Below are positions 29,252 through 47,217 of a stretch of 64,000 nt of DNA, piece by piece. The notes beneath the pieces are model-generated. The model saw nothing but the letters and a program-made list of their open reading frames with translations. It was not told where the DNA came from and did no database searches. The stretch's first letter is position 1. The number at the start of each line of letters is the position of its first letter. A program made the translations under genes and the position numbers. This DNA is from Chrysomallon squamiferum. Taxonomy: Eukaryota; Animalia; Mollusca. The stretch covers positions 4,402,001-4,466,000 of the forward strand of contig CM022668.1 in assembly GCA_012295275.1 (NCBI GenBank), read 5' to 3'.

Positions 29252-30109
29252 CTCCTACAACAAATAAGTGTAAAATTGTAACTATTAATTTAGTGCAAAC
29301 ATACATTACAAGAATACATTCATACGTAAATACAGACACACATAGATAAAAAAACACATTATTTTAGAAACATACAATTTCTAACATATTTCATCCAACG
29401 TAATTTAGTTGTTAGGTTATAAAATACATACAAAAACATTTAATACATTTATACAGGAATTAATTTATATTACTGTTTATATACAGTATATGTATAGATG
29501 TATGTATGTATGTATAATGTGATACTTATATGTGAAAATATAAAACAAATAGCATGTATATATATATATTGGTTCTAATTTATTAAAATGCTGTAAAAAA
29601 TAAAATAAAAATATCCTACTTGAATCTATTTTTGTTCATTTTAAAGAGCCTACAACAAGTAAGATATCTAATATAATACATACAAACATTTATAAATACA
29701 GGAATAGGTATTCATATATGTATGTATATGTATGATGCATATATATATATATATATGCTAAATATATTTCATACAGATATCTACAGCCAGATATTTTGTT
29801 TTTACCTAGTTTTGTTTTTACCTAGTTTATAAAATATAAATATTCATTATACACTAATTTATAAAACTAATTTTTATTGTTTATATATAGATGAAGATAG
29901 ATAGATAGATTGATAGATAGACAGATAGACACAAGCGCACGCTTGTATAAATCTCTCTATCTGTCTATCCATGTCGCTTTCTGCTTGTCCGTCCCTCTAT
30001 CTGTCTATATCTATCTCTATAGATCTATCTGTGCATTATCTCTGAAATTTCGGTGATGAAATATAAAATTTTCATAAAATTGTTCAGTTCATTACAGCTA
30101 CTCCAAAAG
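29252..30109 (+). pseudogene. Orphan micro-exon relics of the same family
   Basis: ag|CTCCTACAACAA|ataagt (29252-29263, dead donor), ag|AGCCTACAACAA|gtaag (29647-29658) and ag|CTACTCCAAAAG|gtaaat (30098-30109). No upstream signal exon was found. Confidence 0.55.
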
Positions 30110-30768
30110 GTAAATTTTTTATGTACTTATTTTACGTCAATATATACACGGATATAAAATGACAGACTGATGAACAGACGCACTGTCAAGCAGTTCACCA
30201 AGGAGAACTAACACTGAATTACAATAAATACGTCACTTCCTCTTTTAGGGGACCCTGTGCATGTTGGAATTCATTTTGGCATTTTAACTTCGAACTCGAA
30301 TACACATAGATAAAGAAACTCTCGAAGTAGTTTAAGTGTTTGAAATATCCTCATTTGTTTCTTTTGTTTTAATAATTTATATATACCCCAAAACTGGCCT
30401 GACATACCCCGGGGTGGGGCAGGTGGAGTGACCCTTGGGTACAGATTAGGACAACGCAGACACGCAAGATAAATACTGTCAAATAAGCACAGAGTTGCTT
30501 CAAATTAACCTGGAGTGTAACTGGTAAACATTTAAATCAAAACCAACAACATAAAACGAATGCAACACAAATATCGTTATTGTGTTTCGGTAAACTGCAG
30601 CAAAGGCATATGTGCATAATTACTTGAATACTGAAATAGAAAGAGATGGAAATAAAAAGACAGACAGTGTCTGTTAGTAAGTCAAAGAGAGAGAGAGAGA
30701 GAGAACTTTACAGAAACAGATGGAAAAGCGAAATACAGAGTGACAGAAGAAATAAGTTATGGACATAG

Positions 30769-30848
<80 letters not shown>

Positions 30849-31213
30849 TGAAAAATAACTAAGGAAAACAATCTATAAATATTTCACATGACTTTATATA
30901 TATATTTTTTTTTAGAATATATTTGACAGACAGTCCTCGCGGTAAACATTTCGATTCTTTTTATTATTGTTATTGTTATTATTAGCAGTAGTATATAAAA
31001 CCAACATTCGTACAGAAATGAATATAAATAACCCGTATCTCCACTCCCAAATAAATGCAGAAACGGATTCAAGTTTAAGTTTTAACGTGTTACAGTTGCA
31101 GGATAAAACTGAAATACACCCTACGGTTTAAATCGAAATGAAAGAAAAAAAAAATCATTGAAAAGGTGACCTTTTCTTTGTTTCGCGTCACCTTCGCACG
31201 TTTGAATAACATT

Positions 31214-31219
31214 TATAAA
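31214..31219 (+). promoter_or_regulatory. TATA box of gene D
   Basis: TATAAA about 80 bp upstream of the ATG at 31294, in a context homologous to the E and F promoters. Confidence 0.5.
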
Positions 31220-31293
31220 TGGCTCCACCTTCTTGAGAGATAGTCACTCGATAAGGAATTAGTAGAAAGAAGTTAGAACAAGACTCAGTAACT

Positions 31294-32348
31294 ATGAAAA
31301 TATTTCTATTTGTCGTCGTCGTAGCATGTTTGACTATTTGGAGTCACATGGAAGTTGGTGGGGCAGACATTTCTGGCACAGCTGCAGTGAAAGGTAAATT
31401 TATTTCTTTATAGTTTAATTTAAGCGATCCTGAAATGTAACTTCCTTTTTTTATTATTATTATTTTTTTTTATTTATTTTTTTTTTTTGTGGGAAGGGGT
31501 TATTAGGCAATTTTTGATTGTTATTTGTTATTTCCTTATTGTTGTTTTAATTTCTGATTTTCTTTTTACTTAACTACATATATTAAATTTCGTATTTCCG
31601 TTTATTGATGTGATTTTTTTTTTTGTACCTGATATAAAGGATCTTCTAAAATAATTTCTTTATACTTCAAAGTTTTTTTAACTGTTTTTAAATTTTTTTA
31701 ACTTATTTCATCAATGATTTATTACTCACAATAAAGTAATGTTTTTAACAAAACAATTGCACGCCGCCATTTTACTTTCACAAATGAATTCCTACAGTCC
31801 ATAACACAACTCCTAAATTTGTAATGAAATACGAAATTAGTGAACAGAGACTTTGGAACTTTTAAGTTAGTTTGTTGTCTGAGGAATCCGAAAAATTGAT
31901 GGACATTATCGATTCGTAGTTTTTTTGCTATTTAATAAATATCTGTGCAATGGCTATACCTCTCAAATAAATTTACCTAGACATACGCAATTACTATTAT
32001 TTTCTTCTTGACAGTTCTTCATATTATTATAATTGGTTTAATGGAGTAAAGAAGATTAATGGAAACATGTTTCATGATATAGCTCAAGAGATAGCAGTTT
32101 ATGTGTCCATAAAAACAGCTAAATCAAATGGAATTGTATAATTTGAATAAACAAATTACTGCAATATTATTAAATTTATACTGAAATCGAGAGGTTATGT
32201 AAAAAAATCTATAAAAATCTAAATCCGAATCGATCAGGGATTTAGAAAAAAACACTGTATGTAGCATTTAATATTCCTTAGGAAGGGCGTTTTTTTTTAA
32301 ACTGTATTTCTTTTATATGTGAAAGTGCCTACCACAAGTCAGATTTTA

Positions 32349-32394
<46 letters not shown>

Positions 32395-33262
32395 ATTTAT
32401 TTTCACTATTCTCATTAGATATACATAGATACATACATACATAGCTACATGCATATATTATTTATTTCTCTTTTATGTTAAAGCGCCTACAAGTAAGTCT
32501 TTATTATTATTGTTCTTATTATTATAGTTATTATTATTATTGTTATTCTTGTTATTATTATTATTATTATTATTATTCAATTTGTTTTCACGATTCACAT
32601 TACATATAACTTTATACATACATCCATACATACGTACATACATAGATACATACATAATTACATACATTTATACATGTGTAGATACACAGATACATTTATA
32701 CATATGTAGATATACAAATACATTTATACATATGCAGATATACAAATACATATATTGATCATGACAAATCAATTTCATCACACCTATATTCCAACATATG
32801 AAATAAAATGCATAATGTGTGAAACACTAAAAATAGTGTTTATTCTTTCAAATGACGCTAAAAATCTTTATTAAATTTGAAATTCAAATTTATTTATTTT
32901 TTCTTTTTGTTCTTTTTGTTGTTGTTTGTTATTGAAGCTTTTACAACAAGAAAGTTTGTGTTCTTTTTTAAATTCATTTAATACACACCTTTTTTTATAT
33001 ACATACATACGTACATACATCAAACACATATACATATAATTATACATGAAAATATATTTGTGCTTGATATTTGTATACCTCTGCTTTTTTTCTTTCATAT
33101 TTTTCTTCTTTTTTTTATATTGAAGCGCCTACAAGTAAGTTTTCTAATTATTAATTTATCTTTGTCTTTCATATATAGATACTTACATATATGCATATTC
33201 AAACAGGAAAACACAACAACAAAAACAACAACAACAACAACAACAACAACAATAACAACAAC

Positions 33263-33318
<56 letters not shown>

Positions 33319-35191
33319 CTTAAACCTACAGGTTATATAAACAGTTCTATAAAAATCCAAATCAATCAGGGATTTGGGGGAAACAGTTATATGTAGCAGA
33401 CACATTTTAGATTCCTTAGGCAGTCCTTTTTGTATAATTTTTTATTTTATATTTTATTTATTTCTCTTATATGTTAAAGCGCTTACAACAAATAAGTATT
33501 TATTGTTGTTGTTGTTGTTGTTATTATTATTATTATTATTTTTATTTTCACGAACTCATTAGATATTAACACACACACATACATACATACATACATAATA
33601 TATGCATACATACATACATACATACATAGATACATATATTATTTACTATTTATTTCTCTTATATGTTAAAGCGCCTACAACAAACAAATCTATTATTATT
33701 ATTGTTATTGTTGTTGTTTTTATTATTATTTATTCTTATTTTCTTCTTCTTCTTCTTCTTCTTCTTATTATTATTATTCAATTTGTTTTCATGATTCACA
33801 TTAAATATAACTATATATATATACATCCATACATACGCACATACATAATTACGTACATTCATACATATGTAGGCATACAGATACATAAACTGATGAATGA
33901 CAAATCAGTTTCATCACACCTATATTCCAACATATGAAATGAAATGCATAATGAGTCAAACACTAAAAATAGTGTTTATTCTTTCAAATGCTGAAAATCT
34001 TTATTACATTTGAAATTTAAATTTATTTCTCTTTTTCTTCGTTGTTGTTCGTTACTGAAGCTCCTACAACCAGTAAGTTTTTGTTCTTTTTTTAAATTCA
34101 TTTAATAGAGACCTATATATACACATACATACATACATACATACATACATACATACATACATACATACATACATACGAACGTACATACATACACATGAAA
34201 ATATATTTATGCTTGATGAATATGCTTCATGAGTTTATATCTAATAATTGTTGTATTAAACAAAACTTATGTAACCACAAAAAAATAGTTTGTAATGTTA
34301 AAAATCTCTTTGGAAAACGTGATTAGATTTGAAAGATAAAACTATTTCTGATGTTATTTATTTATTGATTGACTGATTTATTTGTTGTTTATTTGTTTGT
34401 TTATTTATTTATTTCTGTTTCATATTGAAGCTCTTACAACACATATGTATTTCTTTTAAATTCATTTAACACAGACCTTTTTATACATATATATATACAA
34501 ACACATACATATAATTAAACACACACATTTTCTTAATATATTAAACAAAATTTATGTAATCACTAAAAATAGTTTCAGTGTTAAAAACCTCTCTGGAAAA
34601 TGTAATTAAATTAGAAAGATAAAATTATTTATGATATTTATGCATTTTATTATTATTTATTTATTTATTTATTCATTTATTTATTTATTTTTCTGTTTTA
34701 TATTGAAGCTCCTACAACAAGTAAGTATTATTTTTTAAATTCAATTACCAGAGACCTTTTGAAATACATACGTACATACATACATACATACATCAAACAC
34801 ATATACATGAAAATACAATTGTTCTTGATGAATATACTTGATGAGCTTATATCTCATATTTTTTTATATATTAAAAAGAAATTATTTGAAATGTTAATAC
34901 CTAAAAATAGTTTGTAATGTCAAAAATCTGTTTGGAAAACATAATTAAATTAGAAAGTTAAAACTCTTTCTGATTTCTGCTTTTGTTTTTTTTTTTTTTA
35001 TATTGAAGCGCCTACAACAAGTAAGTTTTCTAATTATTAATTTATCTTTGTCATTCATATATAGATACTTACATATATGCATATTCAAACAGGAAAACAC
35101 AACAGCAACAACAACAACAACTATAATAATAATAACAATAAGCACAATAATAATAATAACAATAAGCATAATAATAAAAATAATAATAATG

Positions 35192-35252
<61 letters not shown>

Positions 35253-35586
35253 CAGAAACCTACAAGTTATGTAAACAGTTCTACAAAAATTCAAATCAGG
35301 GATTTTGGGGAAACCGTTATACGTAGCAGAAACATTTTAGATTCCTTAGGCAGGGCTTTTTGAATGATTTTTTATTTTATATTTTATTTATTTCTCTTAT
35401 ATGTAAAAAAGCGCTTTCAACAAATACGTCTTTATTGTTGCTGTTGTTGTTGTTATTATTATTATTATTTTTTCACGAACTCGTTAGATATATACACATA
35501 CATACATACATACATACATACTTACATTAATATATTATTTATTTATTATTTCTCTTATATGTTAAAGCGCCTATAACAAATAAGTC

Positions 35587-35619
<33 letters not shown>

Positions 35620-35764
35620 TTCACGAACTTATTAGATATATACATATACATACATATATATACATACATATTTATTTATTATTTATTTCTCTTATATGTT
35701 AAAGCGCCTACAGCAAGTAAGTCTATTATTATTATTGTTGTTGTTTTTATTATTATTATTTCTT

Positions 35765-35795
<31 letters not shown>

Positions 35796-36381
35796 TTATT
35801 ATTATTATTATTATCAGCCATTTGTTCTATGTAGAATCATTTCTGTTTTGTCAGTGTCATTGTTTACATTTTTAGCAATAACAAATATCTAAAAAAAAAG
35901 TGTCATTCTTAGGTTAGTAAATGTTTTCTTCCTATGTCTGTACATGCTCTACACGAACGTTTTACACGTGTGTCTCTTCGTGTATGCTATACGTATATTG
36001 AAATATATGTTTTATACAAATGTTTTACACAAATGTTGGTAAACGTTTTAATCATATGTTTCTATATATTTAATACAAATGTTCACTGCAGATTATACAC
36101 ATACTTGACTTGTGGCAGCTTTTTTTTAAAGTTAATACAGAGTGTTGTTTTACCTGTTGTTTATAAGCATCATTTCTGTGATGTTTCAGTGTGTGAGTAC
36201 ACGTATGAAACAGTTGCTGCCTGTGACGCAGATGACGGTGACGTAATCAACGATGGTCAGTGCCCGGGGAACGATGACGTGTGTTGCAATGGTAAATTCG
36301 TATCTTCAACTGTGTCTGTCTGTCTGTATGTATGTATGCCTGTACGTGTATCTGTATCCCTACGTACGTATGTATGACAAA

Positions 36382-36412
<31 letters not shown>

Positions 36413-36565
36413 GTATGTGTTTATATATCTATGCATACATGTGTGCGTGTATGCATATATACATATATATATATAAATGTTTCTCTAGGTCATCCATCAA
36501 CAACTTAGTGTACCTCGTCTCTGAGCTATGTCGCGGCAGAAGAGTTATTTAACACTAATATTGTT

Positions 36566-36608
<43 letters not shown>

Positions 36609-36688
36609 ATGCGTGTATGTGTGCCTTTACCTGTCAAAAATCTATATTTCTTAAATTCTGTTCTCTTCTTATTTTTCTTATAGTTTAA
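31294..36688 (+). CDS. Secreted micro-exon protein D: signal peptide, TPTT mucin-like stalk, acidic beta-defensin-like (5-Cys) domain, about 94 aa
   Basis: Exon 1 31294-31393 (MKIFLFVVVVACLTIWSHMEVGGADISGTAAVK, phase 1). AG/GT micro-exons at 32326-32337, 32484-32492, 33126-33134, 34061-34072, 34709-34720, 35009-35020 and 35705-35716. A 102-nt exon 36190-36291 encodes CEYTYETVAACDADDGDVINDGQCPGNDDVCCN. The last exon starts at 36684 (V-stop TAA at 36686-36688). Confidence 0.72.
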
Positions 36689-37084
36689 AAAAGACTTCTG
36701 AAGACAGAGGGAACAACAGTACGACACACAAAGATGACAGTTCCTACTTTACAGTTTTACCTGATATAAAACATACTTTTACCTTTAAAAAAGTAACAAT
36801 TTGACAGTAAAAAAATACTTTTCCTGTAATAAAATATACCTTCGTGTGACGTAATAGTACTTTTTTTTTTTTTTTTTTTTTTTGCTAATTGGTAGATTGA
36901 TCTATTATGAATTACTTTTATTTTCCAATTTTCATTTCGAACAATTACTAGAAAGATCAACATATTTACCCACACACATTCAAAGAATCTGTCATTTCTC
37001 CATGCATTCATACTTACGTGCTTATGTAGACAGTAATGAATGTTCTGTTGTCTCATGTTCGCAAACTGGACATATGCTATTTTT

Positions 37085-43312
<6,228 letters not shown>

Positions 43313-43550
43313 TATTATGAAAACAGATACAAGATGATAACAAAATAAATTGTTTAAAGTGTAACAGCTTTGAGACTAAAAACTAAAACACATATTACGG
43401 TTTGTATCGAATTTTACGAAACAGGGTTTTATTGTTTTTGGTTTGTTTTTGTTATTTATTTATTTATTATTATTATTTTTTTTTTTGCTGGCAACACTTG
43501 CGAGAGTCAACTAAACAGCACCCCATGCTTTCCACAGATCTGATTTAAAA

Positions 43551-43602
43551 TCACGTGATCTGTTTTCTTGACACGTTCGCACATCTCAGTAATATTTATA
43601 AG
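43551..43602 (+). promoter_or_regulatory. Putative core promoter of gene E: TCACGTGA (43551-43558) plus TATAAG (43597-43602)
   Basis: Conserved with the gene F promoter; about 70 bp upstream of ATG 43667. Confidence 0.5.
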
Positions 43603-43666
43603 CCACACTCAGAGATCTTCATTCTGTAGTCAATTCAACAGAAGAACTGAAAAGAAGACAACAACC

Positions 43667-45284
43667 ATGAAACTACTTCTACTTATCGCCGTCGTCGTAG
43701 CATGTCTGGCTACAGTAGAGTCACATGGAAAATTGCGTCACTGCAGACGAAGGTAAATTTATTTGTTTTATTCTATAAATTAGGCGATCTTGAAATTAAC
43801 TTCGCAATTCAAAGTAACCGGTTTTTTAGTTGTTTTTTTAAAAATATGTTTTATAATTAATATATATTTTTTTTCTTGTTGTGTCACTCCAGTGTTTGTT
43901 TTCTTGTTGTCCTTTGTTTATTTTTATTTATATTTATTTAATTTTTTTTTTGTAATATATATATATATTTTTTTTTTCATTCCTTCTTGAGCTTTGACAA
44001 GATTATTGAGCTTTTGTATACAAAAACATGTACATACATATACAAAAAGATCCATAAAAAAAAAAAAAAAAATAAAAGAAAAGAAAATAAAAGAAAAAGA
44101 AAAAGAAGAAGAAAAGGTTTGTTAACACCCAAGTTAAGTTTAAAACTGATTATTATTGATTGTTTAATGTAATAATAATGAAATTCGGTATCTTACAGAG
44201 AGAATAAAAGAAATATAGAAAAATATGAAAGTAAAAGTATGATTGCTAAAAAGATATACAGCAAACAAGCTAAGTCATTTTACGTAAAGAAATATATAAT
44301 ATATTATTTCAATAATGATCTTCAAAAAGGTGAAACCATTTTCTCCATTCTCCATTATATTTGTCACATTCGCAATTTTAAAAGTAAATAGATCAGTCTG
44401 TATGAAATTTACTTTGCAGTTTACTTTTAATAATATTAATATTATCATAATTACCAAATAAAATAAATATGATAATTTGTATTAATTATTAGCCAGTTAA
44501 CTGCATATACTTGGTTTATTTCAGAACTAATCCTTTCCACAAAACAGTATTTTTTGTAACACATTACTGATATTTCAATAGGCGAAATTTTCATTCATGC
44601 ACTGTTTTCTGTACAGTTTTAATTTTATGACAATCATAAAATAAAATTAAAATAAAAAATAAAAAAGTAAAAATAACTTTTAGGAGCATGTTTGTAAAAA
44701 AATACTTTCATCAGAATCTAAGTTTTATGTAAAACAGTGGATACTTAAACCATGACAAGCTGAATCTTTCAAATGCTTTTTTTTTTTTAATTATTTTATT
44801 TATTTAATTATTATTATTTTTTTTTTTTCTAAATACATTTTATAAAACATTACGATTCATATTTCTATGTTTAGTTTTCGTGGATTTGTAATGATTGTAA
44901 CAGATAAGTGATTATGTTATTAATTTTTGAAGAATTGTTACTCCATTCAGCTGCCTGATTCACCAAATGTTAATAAAATTCTTAATTTGCTTGATTTTAG
45001 ACAAAAATTAGACTGTAGTATCTGTTTTAAGGTAAAAATGTACAACAAGTAGTAATCCTGTACTAACTTTCAACACTCTGGGAATATTACACTTGATACG
45101 GTTAATTTTAGGCGTGAAATTTCAGCGTAATACTCAAGTTTGTCATTGCACTGCTCAGACACATAGAAGTTTTTTCAAGAATGAAACTGGTGTCATCAGC
45201 ATGTTACGATATCAAATATTCAGTACCATCTCATATCTTTGTAATTTCCCAGTAAAATTTCGACACATATTTAATGAAGAAAAG

Positions 45285-45324
<40 letters not shown>

Positions 45325-45900
45325 TGACTGGAAGTCTCTTTCTCTGTAGCATGAAAGTTTCTGAAAGAAAATCATTTTGTAGCAGTTTGCATATCAGATG
45401 TTTGTAAAAGATTTCTATCCAGCATTTTATAAATTATTTAAATTTAAACATATAACTAAAAGATCAGGTATTTCAAGTATATCAGTGTTTTTCAGTGATT
45501 ATAACAGACGTATGTTGTGTATCAGCGATACTTCCTTCCAGTTGTTTAGAAACTGTTCTGGTTTATTTGTTTCAAGTCTACACGCTATAATAACACGTTT
45601 TACTTATCTGAACCAAGGGATTCTGTCATTTTTCATGTTTTTAAAGAGTAAAACATTTCTATATAACATATTTACTTCTTCAATGGTTAACTTTCTAAAA
45701 ATGATATTTACTTAGATGGTGCTATTTCATTGGTTAATTTTGTCTTGTTCTAATATATCCAGTTACTTGTTGATCGTTTTCTTCCAGTTCATGATGATCT
45801 CAATTTCTTTTGTTTTTCTCTTTTTCAATAAATACTGAATATGAAATCGTATAGTTCTGGGATTTTATTTTATTATATTTTTTTTTTTTTTTTATTTATT

Positions 45901-45954
<54 letters not shown>

Positions 45955-46622
45955 TTTATTTATTTATTTATTTGTTTATTTATTTTCCTTTAAAACGTCT
46001 CTTTGGAACTTTTGAAATTTTTCTGCAGAACAGTAAGCCCATACGAGATCAAAGTAAATAAACAAAGACGTTTGAAAATGTCCGAGATTATCCGATATAT
46101 CACACTGTAATACTAATGAATGAATGATATAATGAATAAATGAATGGATGAATGAACGAATGAACGAATGAATAAATAAATAGACAAACAAAAGAAAACA
46201 AAACAAAAAATAAAATGTTTAGACACACTCTCTTCTCAACGTAGAATAATCTTTTAATTTCATTTAATTTATCGTCATCATTATCATGATTACAACATCT
46301 TCATCACCATCAGTAAATGAATAAATAAATAAATATTGTAATTAAATATTATTTCATTTTCAGACTTAAATTACTGAAGACAAAACTCTGTGTTCTAAAC
46401 AAGGAACTTGATGAATGCGAATCGAAAAGTAAGATATAAGTATAGATATTAGTATAGTTATATTATATCAGTTTCTACTTTATTTTCCTTTACATCTGAT
46501 CTGATATGTGTACTATTAAATTATAATTTATTTCTGTTAATTTTAAAACAACTAAAATAAAAAGGGTGATTTCAATAACTGTTCAGTCAAATTACGGGTA
46601 CACAAAGAAAATCTAATATTAC

Positions 46623-46719
<97 letters not shown>

Positions 46720-47177
46720 TAAGATATATACTAATTGAGTATTTTTCCTAAATTATTTTTGTTTTGTAGCTACCACTACAGGTGAGTTTTTTTTTTTATT
46801 CTGTCTTTATTCTTCTACTGACATTGAAACACGCAGCAAAACACCCAGCTACTTGTTATATTACCAATCGGCAATTATGCACAAACATACGTACATACAT
46901 ACATACATACATACAAACATACATACATACATACGTACATACATACATACATACATACATACATACATACATACATACAAAAGCCACTGGAGACGATGAC
47001 GTTGACGTCGATGTTGTGGAGTCAAGATTCATCTTCTGTCTGGTTGGATGTCGTAGATTGATGATTTCATCAGTGTGACCTCGCTCGTGACCTCTGGCGC
47101 TGGGGGTGGTACGGGCTGGGAGGGGTGTTGGCTGTAACCTGTTTCACACATGTACGATTCAGATCACACACGCACAC

Positions 47178-47217
<40 letters not shown>

